Shown: piece after piece, positions 46,403-56,982 of the stretch
How the letters are laid out: each line of letters opens with the position of its first letter
Position numbering within the stretch: position 1 is the first letter of the stretch
Translations under genes and position numbers: made by a program
The notes under the pieces: model-generated
What the model saw: the letters and a program-made list of their open reading frames with translations, nothing else
Databases searched by the model: none
What the model was told of the DNA's origin: nothing
Source of the DNA: Caldisericia bacterium
GTDB taxonomy: Bacteria > Caldisericota > Caldisericia > JAAYUI01
Direction of reading: 5' to 3'
DNA length: 64,000 nucleotides
Assembly: GCA_963674785.1 (NCBI GenBank)
Contig: OY771555.1
Span: forward strand, 943,847-1,007,846

Positions 46403-48414
46403 TTGATCTGAGTTGATTTTAAGTCGTATCTTGTGTTTTCGACAAATCTAGGCTTGAGATCACTTTTTTCTCCACCTTTGTCGTGCATAAACTCTGAATA
46501 TGACTTTTTGTTTTTTACACTTGGGATGAGTTCATCTGGCCTGTAGAACTGTTGCATGTAGGCTTCAAGTAGGTCAATTGTTACCTTGGGGCTATTGAAG
46601 AAAATCCAACTTGGCTCAGAAAGATTTTTGCTTATGAATTCCTTCTCCCAGACTGGGATTGCAGGATCAAGGTATATGAGGTATTTTTCAAAATATCCAA
46701 GAAGATCATCCATCAAAGTGTTGATCTCAATGAATGTGTAGTTTCTCACTTTCCAAGGGATGAGTGGGATTGGGTTGTATCTGAGAAACTGAAGTAGACA
46801 GACATAACTTGTGAAAAACGATAACCCCTTGTGTTCGGAGCTGCCAATGTGATATTTGATCATGAATCTTGCTTGATACTCGAGTTTCTTCCATATCCCA
46901 TGAACATATTGTTGTGCTGTTGAAAGTTTTGAGTATCTGAAATGTGAGAAGCAGGCAACAAGGAAAAATAGGGCAACAGATATTTTTTGATGGAATTGGT
47001 GTTCAGATGTCGAGAGGGAATGGATCTGCTCGATAAGGATATCAATGAGGCTGTGGCATCTCTTAACGATTGGTTCATCTTCTCCAGTGTCTTGCAAGTA
47101 AAATTGGAGTTTATCAATCCTTCCAATACAGATTCTTATTATTGATGAGTAGGCGATCAACTTAAGATTTATATTTTTGTCTTCATTCAGATTGATTTTG
47201 AGGAAATGAAGCGATTTGTCCATTCTGTCCTGAATCCACTCAATTATTGAAATGTCATTCAGAACATTCCCGATAAATAGTGTATTGTTTATGTTTTCAT
47301 GGTTTCTTAAAAGGGTTGTGTAAATCATTCTGAAGGATGAGGAGATAAAGTCATAATCAATTGTCGCAATTGATTTGATGAGAAGTACCTCAAGAACTCT
47401 GTATCCATGTAGAACTTCCCACTCATGCTCTCTGTTGTCTGCGACAATATCCCAGTTGTCTGATTGTTTCAGAAGATTGTTGCAGGAATGGATCAAATCG
47501 TGTAGAAGTTGTCTTATTATCTCGATGTTCTTGTCGTTTTTTTCAAGGGTAGTGGGATGATAAACAGCTATCTTGCATGCAGCCTCGATTGCTTTAATCA
47601 TACCGGTTCTGTCGGTCACATTGAGGTCTCTTAGATAGTGGTTCATATCTTGTGAAAAAAATATTATTCTGTCATTTGTTTGTCTGAATTCCTTGAGAAG
47701 TTTCTCAGAAAGAAGAGTTTTTTCTCTCTTTGTTTTTGGTGCAACTATCTCATCATCTATGTTTGTCCAAATATTGCAGATTGATTTTCTAAGAACTGGA
47801 TAATGGGTTGGGTACTTCAAAAGATTGTCAAAAGTTGCATCTCGCAATTTGCTTGAGAGTTTTTCGCCCTCAAGAAGAAGAATTCCTTGTTTGTAGATGT
47901 AGAAAATCATGATCAGTGAAACGGCAAATAAAGTAGCAGAAAAAACTCCTGAGATTTGTAGCGAGTTAATAATTAACTTCATCCCAAGTGTGATAAGACC
48001 AATTAAACCAAGTGAGATTACATGTGCCACAAACGTTGCCGATGTTTTTATGAAAGACACAAATACTTTTGAATTTCCTGAGATCACAAGACTTGTAGAA
48101 ATCCCAACAATGAAAGTGATTATAAAAAAAGTACTTGGTATTGTTGGATTGATTCTATCAATTATCCCGAGCATTGATTGGCTGTGGAGGAGAGTGGTTA
48201 TCATAGAAAGCGAAAAAACAATTGTCAAAAAGAATAGGAAATGGTGAAGGATAATGCTGCTTGAATTTGTTTGAGGATCCCAAAGTCTCTTTTTGTAAAG
48301 GGCAATAGCTAGTCCAACAGCGATTATCGCTAGAAAAACTGTAATAAAGATTGCCCAAGGGTTCATGTGTATAAGTGTACCAATTTGTAAAGGAATTGCA
48401 AGCAATTGGAACAA
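46399..48414 (-). CDS. Membrane protein with ~6 N-terminal TM helices and a ~470-aa cytoplasmic domain of unknown function
   Basis: Hydrophobicity pattern only. No motif recognised. Confidence 0.5.
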   Translation of the reverse strand: MFQLLAIPLQIGTLIHMNPWAIFITVFLAIIAVGLAIALYKKRLWDPQTNSSSIILHHFLFFLTIVFSLSMITTLLHSQSMLGIIDRINPTIPSTFFIITFIVGISTSLVISGNSKVFVSFIKTSATFVAHVISLGLIGLITLGMKLIINSLQISGVFSATLFAVSLIMIFYIYKQGILLLEGEKLSSKLRDATFDNLLKYPTHYPVLRKSICNIWTNIDDEIVAPKTKREKTLLSEKLLKEFRQTNDRIIFFSQDMNHYLRDLNVTDRTGMIKAIEAACKIAVYHPTTLEKNDKNIEIIRQLLHDLIHSCNNLLKQSDNWDIVADNREHEWEVLHGYRVLEVLLIKSIATIDYDFISSSFRMIYTTLLRNHENINNTLFIGNVLNDISIIEWIQDRMDKSLHFLKINLNEDKNINLKLIAYSSIIRICIGRIDKLQFYLQDTGEDEPIVKRCHSLIDILIEQIHSLSTSEHQFHQKISVALFFLVACFSHFRYSKLSTAQQYVHGIWKKLEYQARFMIKYHIGSSEHKGLSFFTSYVCLLQFLRYNPIPLIPWKVRNYTFIEINTLMDDLLGYFEKYLIYLDPAIPVWEKEFISKNLSEPSWIFFNSPKVTIDLLEAYMQQFYRPDELIPSVKNKKSYSEFMHDKGGEKSDLKPRFVENTRYDLKSTQIN

Positions 48415-48445
48415 ATAAATATCTCCAATTTATGAAGGTTTTACT

Positions 48446-49087
48446 ATGTTGAATATAGGGATTTCTGGTGCTAGAATCGAGGTGATGAATAATGTGAAAA
48501 AAAGTGTTTTTTTGTGGGTAATTGCTCTTCTTCTGATAATAAGTTCCTATATGACAACAGCGTTTTTTATTGGCACTTGGCCTTTTGAAAAACAAGTGGA
48601 AACAAATATCACAGATGAGACTATTGAATTTCTCGATGGGTTGGGCGAAGAGAACTACAAAATTTCAAATGGTGGAAGGCTTATTTTTGAGGATTTTTCC
48701 ATTGTTTATCCAGAAGGATGGATAATGATGGACGTTGGCGTGGAAGGCTCAGTGGTAGGGGTTGACTCACTAGATCCGAACACAAGTGTTTCTGTTTCAA
48801 AAATTGATTTTGGTGAATCAAATATTGATGACATCGCGTATCTTCTTGGTGAAAGAATTGATACTTGGTACAAAACTGCTGAGAGTAAAGATGTTCTCTT
48901 TTTAGAGAAAAATTGTACTCTTTTTTCGGGAATAATTGAAAAGATTGATAAGAGTGAGGGTATGTTGGTGCTGGCAGTTCCATCAGGTGATGTGTATTTT
49001 CTTTTGACGGGAGTATTTGAGATGGAGAAAAAAAGTCAAGAAAAGATAGAAAGTATCTTTGAAACATTCCGTTTAAGTGACTCGTAA
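48446..49087 (+). CDS. Membrane-anchored hypothetical protein
   Basis: N-terminal TM (VFLWVIALLLIISSYM). The stop overlaps the WYL gene start (TAATG). Confidence 0.5.
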   Translation: MLNIGISGARIEVMNNVKKSVFLWVIALLLIISSYMTTAFFIGTWPFEKQVETNITDETIEFLDGLGEENYKISNGGRLIFEDFSIVYPEGWIMMDVGVEGSVVGVDSLDPNTSVSVSKIDFGESNIDDIAYLLGERIDTWYKTAESKDVLFLEKNCTLFSGIIEKIDKSEGMLVLAVPSGDVYFLLTGVFEMEKKSQEKIESIFETFRLSDS

Positions 49088-50025
49088 TGCTTCAGATAAT
49101 CAGGCTACTTCAACTAATAAATGAGTTAAACAAGAATGATTTTGTCTCGTCAAAAGACTTAGCCTCAAAACTTGAGACATCAAGAAGAACAGTTATGAGA
49201 GACATCCAGGTTTTAAAAGATGCAGGATGCAGTATCAAATCTGATCGAAACGGATATTTTCTGGAGAGCAAGGAAAAGTCTCAATTTTCGCTTTCTCTTT
49301 CTGGAGAAGAGAAGTTTACAATAATTGCCGGTTTACAAATGCTTTATGACACAAAGGACCCTTCACTCCAGATAATCTCAGCAAGACTTGTTGAAAAGCT
49401 TTTTGGTGGGGATTTTATGAGTGATTTTTTAAAGACCCCCAGTCTATTGAAAGAAAGCACAATTGAGCCAAATACATCGAAGATTGTTAGAAGGATAAGA
49501 GCAGCAGTTGATAACAGAAAGGTTATAAAATTTAGGTATTTAAAACCAGGGGAGATATCAAAACCAAAACTACGCAAGGCCAATCCTTTAGCGGTTTTCT
49601 TTCGGAGACATGCGTATTATATGATTGCGTTTTGTCATAAAAGAAATCAGATTCGAATGTTTAGGGTAAGCAGGATTTGTGACCTTATAATGACAAGAGA
49701 AACATTCAAATCGACAGACTTCAACCTCAATGATTTTTTAGAGCCAGCATTTGAACTAAACCCAAGCGGTCAGATTTCAGAAGTTGAGCTTAGATTCACG
49801 CCAAAGGTCGCACCTTTTATTGGTGAACTTATTTGGCATCCAAGCCAGAGAATATCGAAAAACTCTGATGGCTCAGTAACCCTTATGATGAAGGTTGCGA
49901 TAAATGAGGAACTAGCGAGGTGGGTGCTTAGTTATGGTTCTGAATGTACAATTGTTAGTCCAGTTTTATTGATAGATATAGTGAAGAATCATTTATACTC
50001 TCTAAAACAGTATTATAATATATAA
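49087..50025 (+). CDS. WYL-domain transcriptional regulator (N-terminal HTH, central WYL, C-terminal WCX-like)
   Basis: HTH SSKDLASKLETSRRTVMRDIQVLKDAG. WYL block VIKFRYLKPGE...AYYMIAFCHKRNQIRMFRVSRI. Confidence 0.75.
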   Translation: MLQIIRLLQLINELNKNDFVSSKDLASKLETSRRTVMRDIQVLKDAGCSIKSDRNGYFLESKEKSQFSLSLSGEEKFTIIAGLQMLYDTKDPSLQIISARLVEKLFGGDFMSDFLKTPSLLKESTIEPNTSKIVRRIRAAVDNRKVIKFRYLKPGEISKPKLRKANPLAVFFRRHAYYMIAFCHKRNQIRMFRVSRICDLIMTRETFKSTDFNLNDFLEPAFELNPSGQISEVELRFTPKVAPFIGELIWHPSQRISKNSDGSVTLMMKVAINEELARWVLSYGSECTIVSPVLLIDIVKNHLYSLKQYYNI

Positions 50026-50493
50026 GTAGATATATAAATCTAGTTATAGACATTATACAATATACTTGGACTGATTAATATCTGAATATTTACATATAGA
50101 TAGTATACAAATAAATAATTGATATAAGACTATTTATAGAGTCTATTAATTATAAAAATATACTTAGCAGTATAATATAATAGAAAAAATAATATATCAT
50201 ATCTATAGAATATTTTTATGATATATAATATATAAATATATATTATTACATATTTTTATCAACATAATAGACTGAAAAGAAATGATAAATAATGAAGAGA
50301 TATCTATAAATAGATTATCTATATAAATATATTCCAAAATATAACTAGCTTGACAAAATAAGCTTTTCATGGTATTTACTTCTGATGTGTATTTAAATTT
50401 GGTATAGTGCTGGGATTTCTATGAGATTCAGTTTTGCGCTGAACCATTTGGATTTAAAAAACGTATAGTTAAATAGTAATGAGGAGGCATGAG

Positions 50494-52965
50494 ATGAAAA
50501 AAATTGCAGTCCTTTTGTTAGTTTTAGTATTGATAATACCAACTGTCCTTATTAATGCTTCATCGCCAATCTGTGAAACACCAGATTTTGAAAAGTTTGA
50601 AGGAAATCCAATTCTTCAACCAACAAAACCAGGTGTTGATGGGAAAAAATACTTTGATGCATCAGCGGTCACTGACCCATGCGTTGTGTATGCCGATGGC
50701 CAGTATCACATGTTCTATACTGGGTGGTATACCTGGCTAAATGGCGAGGGAAGCCAGGGATATATCGGATACGCAATCTCAGCAGATGGTAAAAACTTCC
50801 AGAAAATTGAGGGCAGTGCCGGTGGAGTAGAGGCACCTGGTGCAGTTCTTGGCCCAGGAGATAACACTGAGTTTGATGGAAAATCTGTGTTTGCCCCATC
50901 CGTTGTTTACCAAAATGGAATCTTTTGGATGTTCTATGTTGGTGAAGACATGGATGGCAATACATCAATCGGTCTTGCAAGAGCCAGTGGAAACAGCAAT
51001 CCGGTGTATTGGCAAAAGCTTGGTCAAACAATGAAACCAACGTTGGAAAGCTCTTTTGATGGCTACCAGATCGGTTCATGTACTGTAATCTATGATGAAA
51101 AATGGAAGATGTGGTATGCGGGTCAGTCAAAAACTGATTCAAGATGGAGAATAGGATATGCCTATACACCAGAGGCGGTACCAACAACCTGGACAAAATC
51201 AAACGGTAACAAGACCCAGGGTGCAGTTCTTGACATAGGTTCAAAAGTAACAGATTTCGATAGCCTCTGTGTAAGAAACCCATCGGTTGTCAAGCAGGGA
51301 AACTGTTACTACATGGCATATGATACCTCGATGAGGAATGAAAAATCTTCCCAGATTGGTTTAGCGGTTTCTGAAAATGGAATCGATTGGGAAAAAAGAG
51401 GGATTGTGCTTGACATGGGTACAGTTGGAGAGTTTGATGCCCTTATCGTTGCAACCCCATGTTTGATTAAGACAGGGTTGGTTTTCAAACTCTATTATTG
51501 CAACTTCTCCGATATGAACTCTGGAATAGGACTTGCGACGACTGGCGATATGCCAACAAACATCGGCTCAGGAATCTTCAAAGCTGATTGCAAACTTGGT
51601 GATGGTTTTGATTTCTCAAGAGGAAACAAAACAACAGATCCAACTCAAGCTGACCTGATCTTTGATTGTGGATATGGAACACCGAGGATGTGTGGAAGAT
51701 TCATAAAAATGGATACAGACTTTGCCGATGCAGAGTGTGTTCCACATGAAGGATACCCAGCGATAAGCTCTATTAAAGAGAATTGCACAGAAATCAAAGC
51801 TGGCGAAACATACGCATTTAAGACAATAAATGATGAAAACTATGCGATTGCAAAAATCACCAACCTTTGGCAAGACCCACTTGACCCAACACATTGGGAA
51901 ATTACGATCAAATGGAAATATCAGGCAAACGGCTCAAACTGCTTTATCGCTGGATCAAATGATCCTCCAAGCAGACCATATAATGTGTACTGTCAAGCGG
52001 GAGATATGAACGTAAAGATCACCTGGACGTGTGCATTTGCAGCACCAGATAAAGAGATTAGATACTATGTCTATAGAGCCGATGAAGAGGGCGAGGCAAA
52101 AAATGCCACAATGCCAATTCATGACTTCCCAGTCTCTGAGTGCCAGTTTTCTGACTATGGTCTCGAAAATGGAAAAACATACTATTACATCGTAAGAACT
52201 GTTGACCAGTATGGAAACCTTTCAGAGGCTTCTGGCGAATGCTTCTGTACACCACAGGCAGTTCACCCTCCATCATTCCCAATGCCGCCATCACCTGGAA
52301 TTGAAGGTGCTGGAACAGCGGACAATCCATTTATTGTTGAAGAGAACCCATACACATTTGACTGGTGTGGATTCCCACCACAGTCGATGGTCATCATTCA
52401 GGGAGTGCAGTATATTGCAGACGGTTCAGGTTGTATTCATGTTAGTCTTGAACTGAAAGACGGACTCAATGCAATTGATTACACTGTTATCACACCAACA
52501 GGTGAGGTCTTTAATGATACTGTTTACTTTGAGATTAAGGATACCTCTATTCATGTTGAGATGCGAATAGGATCAAAGGTTATCAAGAAGAATGATGAAG
52601 AAATTCTCGTTGATGCAGCTCCATATCTAGATGATAAAGTTTGGAGAACAATGGTTCCAATTAGGCATATCACTGAGGTTCTTGGTGCCCATGTCGAGTG
52701 GGATGGAACACAGAGAAAAGTAACTGTGACCACATATTGTGGAACAGAGATACTCAATAAAATGGAAATGTGGATTGATAAAAAGACGTATCTTATTAAT
52801 GGTCAGCCAGGAGTCATGGACGTTGCGCCGATTATTCATCCGACTCTTAATAGGACATATGTGCCATTTAGGTTTGTTGCCGAGGTTATGGGGGCATCAG
52901 TTGACTGGATACAGGATACTCAGACTGTTGTTTATGACTACACCCCGCCATCCAACTGCCCATAA
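50494..52965 (+). CDS. Secreted 5-bladed beta-propeller glycoside-hydrolase-like protein (GH43/GH130-type blades) with Fn3-like region and two C-terminal CAO-N-like domains
   Basis: Blades DPCVVYADGQYHMFYTG, APSVVYQNGIFWMFYVG, CTVIYDEKWKMWYAG, NPSVVKQGNCYYMAYD. C-terminal RTMVPIRHITEVLGAHVEWDG and RTYVPFRFVAEVMGASVDW. GGAGG lies 6 nt before the ATG at 50494. Confidence 0.7.
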   Translation: MKKIAVLLLVLVLIIPTVLINASSPICETPDFEKFEGNPILQPTKPGVDGKKYFDASAVTDPCVVYADGQYHMFYTGWYTWLNGEGSQGYIGYAISADGKNFQKIEGSAGGVEAPGAVLGPGDNTEFDGKSVFAPSVVYQNGIFWMFYVGEDMDGNTSIGLARASGNSNPVYWQKLGQTMKPTLESSFDGYQIGSCTVIYDEKWKMWYAGQSKTDSRWRIGYAYTPEAVPTTWTKSNGNKTQGAVLDIGSKVTDFDSLCVRNPSVVKQGNCYYMAYDTSMRNEKSSQIGLAVSENGIDWEKRGIVLDMGTVGEFDALIVATPCLIKTGLVFKLYYCNFSDMNSGIGLATTGDMPTNIGSGIFKADCKLGDGFDFSRGNKTTDPTQADLIFDCGYGTPRMCGRFIKMDTDFADAECVPHEGYPAISSIKENCTEIKAGETYAFKTINDENYAIAKITNLWQDPLDPTHWEITIKWKYQANGSNCFIAGSNDPPSRPYNVYCQAGDMNVKITWTCAFAAPDKEIRYYVYRADEEGEAKNATMPIHDFPVSECQFSDYGLENGKTYYYIVRTVDQYGNLSEASGECFCTPQAVHPPSFPMPPSPGIEGAGTADNPFIVEENPYTFDWCGFPPQSMVIIQGVQYIADGSGCIHVSLELKDGLNAIDYTVITPTGEVFNDTVYFEIKDTSIHVEMRIGSKVIKKNDEEILVDAAPYLDDKVWRTMVPIRHITEVLGAHVEWDGTQRKVTVTTYCGTEILNKMEMWIDKKTYLINGQPGVMDVAPIIHPTLNRTYVPFRFVAEVMGASVDWIQDTQTVVYDYTPPSNCP

Positions 52966-52991
52966 TTTTGATTAAATAAAATGAGAGATGG

Positions 52992-53029
52992 ATAGCCCCC
53001 AGATTTTACCGGGGGCTATTTTTATTTGG
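52992..53029 (+). terminator. Rho-independent terminator
   Basis: Stem tagccccc/gggggcta followed by tttttatttgg. Confidence 0.65.
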
Positions 53030-53301
53030 TGGGTAATGATTTTGTTATTGTTTTACTGATTTGTAACCCGTTTACATATAAGGTGTCAAAACATTACAGG
53101 TAAAGATGATGGGTGAAAATATATATCATGAATTAAAATCTGTTTTGAAGCTACACAAACCACCGGTTGACCTGAAGCGTAGCCTTATTTCCAAATGGAA
53201 AAAAAAGGATCTTGAGCAGAGGGTTGCAAAGGTTTTGGCGGGTGGAGTCGCTTGGTTTGTGTGTGCATCAACCCTTGCGTCTTTGCTCTTAAGGAGATCC
53301 A

Positions 53302-53739
53302 ATGGAGCTTGATTCAGTAGCTATAAAGAAGATATTGCCGCATAGGTATCCATTCCAGATGATCGACAAGATTCTTTCTGTGGAACCTGGAGTGAGTGCT
53401 GTGGGTATAAAAGCTGTGACAAGTACAGAGCCACATTTCCAAGGGCACTTTCCAGATTTGCCCGTGATGCCAGGAGTTTTGATTGTTGAGGCTATGGCTC
53501 AAACAGGAGCAATCTGTGGTTTGCTAATGCCAGAGTATAAGGGTGCAATTACCTTCTTTGGTGGAATCGAAAACATGAAGTTTAAGCATCCTGTTGTACC
53601 AGGCGATGTCATGAGAATTGAGATGAACGTTCTTAAGATGAAGATGGGTATCTTTAAGTTCAGCGCAACAGCAACAGTTGATGGAAAAGAAGTGGCATCA
53701 GGTGTTATGAATGCCGCACTTAGAAAGGTTGAAAAGTAA
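53302..53739 (+). CDS. fabZ: 3-hydroxyacyl-ACP dehydratase
   Basis: HRYPFQMIDKI...GHFPDLPVMPGVLIVEAMAQ. AAGGAG 6 nt upstream. Confidence 0.9.
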   Translation: MELDSVAIKKILPHRYPFQMIDKILSVEPGVSAVGIKAVTSTEPHFQGHFPDLPVMPGVLIVEAMAQTGAICGLLMPEYKGAITFFGGIENMKFKHPVVPGDVMRIEMNVLKMKMGIFKFSATATVDGKEVASGVMNAALRKVEK

Positions 53740-54726
53740 ATGCCAAGAGCAGGAATTTTGAGTCTTTCAAGTTATACCCCTGAGAAAGTTTTGACAAACC
53801 ATGATCTTGAAAAGATGGTTGATACCACCGATGAATGGATCGTAACAAGAACTGGAATCAAACAGAGACATATTGTTGCAGATGGTCAGGCAACATCTGA
53901 TATCTCAGTGCTTGCTGCAAAAAAAGCACTCGACAAAATCGGACTTACACCTGAGGATATTGATTGTTATATCCTTGCAACAGCAACTCCGGATATGCTC
54001 TTTCCATCCACTGCCTGTCTTGTGACCGCCAAACTCGGAATCGATAAGATTGACGGTCCTCCTGCAATGGATATTGCTGCTGGATGCACAGGTTTTGTAT
54101 ATGGATTGCAGATTGCAAAATCGTTTGTTGAATCAGGTACGTACAAAAAAGTCATGGTCATCGGTGCAGAGGCACTCTCTCGAATTCTTGACTGGCAGGA
54201 TAGAAATACCTGTGTTCTGTTTGGTGATGGGGCTGGATGTGCTGTTGTCGGAGAGGTTGAGTCTGGTGGAATCCTTGACACATATCTTGGGTCATGGGGA
54301 GCCGGTGGACTTCACCTTACACTTCCTGCTGGCGGGTCACTTAATCCTGCATCGGCAGAGACTGTTGAAAAAAGAATGCACTATGTTCATATGGATGGCT
54401 CAGATGTATTCAAGTTTGCTGTTCGAGCAATGGGAATCGGATGCAAAAAAGTCTTGGAAAGAACAGGACTAACTTCTGATGATATTGATTGGTTTGTTCC
54501 ACATCAGGCAAACATCAGAATCATCGAATCTGCCTCAAAGAGACTTGGTATTCCAATGGAAAGAGTATTGATTAGTCTTGATAAGATTGGAAATACATCA
54601 GCAGCGTCCGTTCCAATGACGATTGATTACGCAATGGCTGAAAACAAAATCAAGAAGGGAGATAGGCTCTTGATGGTGGCATTTGGTGCAGGACTTACTT
54701 GGGGAGCCTCAGTAGTAGAATGGTAG
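53740..54726 (+). CDS. fabH: 3-oxoacyl-ACP synthase III
   Basis: Active-site AAGCTGFVYGL, HQANIRII, GNTSAASVP. Confidence 0.9.
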   Translation: MPRAGILSLSSYTPEKVLTNHDLEKMVDTTDEWIVTRTGIKQRHIVADGQATSDISVLAAKKALDKIGLTPEDIDCYILATATPDMLFPSTACLVTAKLGIDKIDGPPAMDIAAGCTGFVYGLQIAKSFVESGTYKKVMVIGAEALSRILDWQDRNTCVLFGDGAGCAVVGEVESGGILDTYLGSWGAGGLHLTLPAGGSLNPASAETVEKRMHYVHMDGSDVFKFAVRAMGIGCKKVLERTGLTSDDIDWFVPHQANIRIIESASKRLGIPMERVLISLDKIGNTSAASVPMTIDYAMAENKIKKGDRLLMVAFGAGLTWGASVVEW

Positions 54727-55472
54727 ATAAACCACTTACCGGAAAAGTTGCTCTTGTAACAGGAGCATCGAGAGGAATTGGCAGAGATATTGCTCTTAAG
54801 CTTGCTGAGGATGGTGCGTCTGTCGTAGTCAACTATCCTTTCAGCGGAGAACTTGAGAACGCAAAAGAAACAAAAAAAATGATCGAAGAGGTAGGAGCAA
54901 AAGCAATCCTCGTTGAAGCTGATGTCTCTACTCTTGAGTCATGTGAGGAAATGGTCAACGAGGTTGTTGGACAGTTCGGGTCTCTTGATATCCTCGTTAA
55001 TAATGCTGGAATCACAATTGATAAACTCATCCTTAGAATGAAAGAAGACGACTGGAAAAAAGTTATCGACGTAAATCTTTCCGGTTGTTTTAATTGCACA
55101 AAAGCCTCCCTTAAGGCTCTGATGAAGAGCAGAGGCAGAATTATTAATATTTCATCTGTTATTGGTATCATGGGTAATCCTGGGCAAGCAAACTATGCAG
55201 CATCAAAGGCCGGAATTATTGCACTTTCAAAATCCGTTGCCAAAGAGATGGGTAGCAGAGGAATCACCTGCAATGCAATTGCACCTGGATTTATTGAAAC
55301 TCCAATGACTGATACCTTGACAGAAGAGGTAAGAAATGATTATCTATCTAGGATTCCGCTTAAGCGTTTCGGAACTTCTAGTGATATAGCAAATGCCGTA
55401 GCTTTCCTTGCAGGGCCATCCGGAGGCTACATCAGTGGTTCAGTAATTACAATCGATGGCGGACTAACCTAA
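54720..55472 (+). CDS. fabG: 3-oxoacyl-ACP reductase (SDR family)
   Basis: TGASRGIG, NNAGI, YAASKAG. The start was moved to an internal ATG that overlaps the fabH stop by 7 nt. Confidence 0.85.
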   Translation: MVDKPLTGKVALVTGASRGIGRDIALKLAEDGASVVVNYPFSGELENAKETKKMIEEVGAKAILVEADVSTLESCEEMVNEVVGQFGSLDILVNNAGITIDKLILRMKEDDWKKVIDVNLSGCFNCTKASLKALMKSRGRIINISSVIGIMGNPGQANYAASKAGIIALSKSVAKEMGSRGITCNAIAPGFIETPMTDTLTEEVRNDYLSRIPLKRFGTSSDIANAVAFLAGPSGGYISGSVITIDGGLT

Positions 55473-55492
55473 TAATAAGGAGAATTGGTAAA

Positions 55493-55735
55493 ATGACAGA
55501 CAATGAAATTTTAGATCAGATGAAAGAAATTATCGCAGACAAACTTGGTGTTGATGCAGGAAAAGTCTCACCAGAGTCAAGATTCATGGAAGACCTTGGA
55601 GCAGATTCACTCGGTTTGGTTGATGTAACAATGGAGCTTGAAGACAAGTTTGATGTGACGATTCCAGATGAGGATCTTCCAAAAATCACAACAGTCCAGG
55701 CTGCAATTGACTACGTCAAAGAGAAAATCGCATAA
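55493..55735 (+). CDS. acpP: Acyl carrier protein
   Basis: LGADSLGLVDVTMELEDKFD phosphopantetheine-attachment motif. Confidence 0.9.
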   Translation: MTDNEILDQMKEIIADKLGVDAGKVSPESRFMEDLGADSLGLVDVTMELEDKFDVTIPDEDLPKITTVQAAIDYVKEKIA

Positions 55736-55749
55736 GAGAAGATATCATC

Positions 55750-56982
55750 ATGAAAAGAATTGTCGTAACCGGGATTGGAGTGCTTTCTCCAATAGGAATC
55801 GGTAAGGACGAATTTTGGAATTCATTGACAACTGGCAAATCTGGCGTTGCTTTACTTGAGGGATTTGATACTGATGATCTTAAGGTGAAGATTGGTGCCC
55901 AGGTAAAAAACTTCGACCCGAAAGATTACATCGATTCGAAGGAAATCCCAAAGATTGACCCAGTAACTCAGTTTGCTCTTGCAGCCTCTGACTTGGCTGT
56001 TGCGGATGCAAATTTGAAATGGGATGAAATCGATAGGGATCGCGTTGGAACTCTGATTTCAACCGGAATTGGTGGCCTGCAGACCATCGAGAAAAATATT
56101 ATTGCAATGGATAAAAAGGGTGCGAGAAGGGTTTCCCCCTACTTTATCCCAATGATGATTGGTAATATGCCAAGTGCTCAGGTTGCAATAAGATATCATC
56201 TCAGAGGGCCATCCTCAAATGTCGTCACGGCTTGCGCAACATCCAATTATGCAATTGGTGAGGCTGCCGAGATCATCAGAAGAGGCGATGCCGATATGAT
56301 GTTTGCTGGTGGTGCCGAGGCTTCACTCATTCCGCTTGGAATTGCCGGATTTGCAAACATGAGAGCATTGTCAACAAGAAATGACGAACCTGAAAAAGCA
56401 TCGAGACCATTTGACAAAGACCGCGATGGTTTTGTGATGGGTGAAGGTGGAGTTGTTCTTGTTCTTGAAGATTATGAGCTTGCAAAAAAACGCGGCGCAA
56501 CTATCTATTGCGAGATCAAATCGGTTGGTTATTCAACCGATGCGTATCACATTACTGCACCTGACCCAGATGGGTGGGGAGCAAAAAAATGTATGAACAT
56601 TGCAATGGATAAAGCTGGCATCACAACTGCAGATGTCGATTACATCAATGCACACGGAACTTCCACTCCGCTTAATGATAAAGGTGAGGCGATCGCGATT
56701 TCTGATGTTTTTGCATCAAGGATTAATGATGTTGCTGTTAATTCCACCAAGTCAATGGTTGGACATCTTCTTGGGGCTGCTGGTGCTGTTGAGGCAGCAG
56801 CTGTTGCTCTACAGATCAAAAATGAGACTTTGCACCCATCGCTGAACTTTGTTGAGGGCGAAGAAGGCTTCAATCTTAATATTGTCACCAAAACCGAATC
56901 CAGAAAAATCAGAAATGCACTTTCTAATTCATTTGGATTTGGCGGACATAACTGTTGTTTGGCATTCGGAAAGGTTGACTGA
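55750..56982 (+). CDS. fabF: 3-oxoacyl-ACP synthase II
   Basis: KAS I/II architecture: active-site Cys in TACATSNYA, and the HGTST, GHLLGAAG and NSFGFGGHN blocks. Confidence 0.9.
   Translation: MKRIVVTGIGVLSPIGIGKDEFWNSLTTGKSGVALLEGFDTDDLKVKIGAQVKNFDPKDYIDSKEIPKIDPVTQFALAASDLAVADANLKWDEIDRDRVGTLISTGIGGLQTIEKNIIAMDKKGARRVSPYFIPMMIGNMPSAQVAIRYHLRGPSSNVVTACATSNYAIGEAAEIIRRGDADMMFAGGAEASLIPLGIAGFANMRALSTRNDEPEKASRPFDKDRDGFVMGEGGVVLVLEDYELAKKRGATIYCEIKSVGYSTDAYHITAPDPDGWGAKKCMNIAMDKAGITTADVDYINAHGTSTPLNDKGEAIAISDVFASRINDVAVNSTKSMVGHLLGAAGAVEAAAVALQIKNETLHPSLNFVEGEEGFNLNIVTKTESRKIRNALSNSFGFGGHNCCLAFGKVD

Noticed and set aside
50026-50478. Replication origin in the AT-rich island
   Set aside because: No DnaA-box-like 9-mers (TTATNCACA) or 13-mer repeats were found, and no dnaA or dnaN is adjacent.
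53106-53312. 68-aa ORF upstream of and overlapping fabZ
   Set aside because: No SD, no recognisable family (it is not L32/rpmF), and it overlaps the fabZ start region. Probably non-coding leader.
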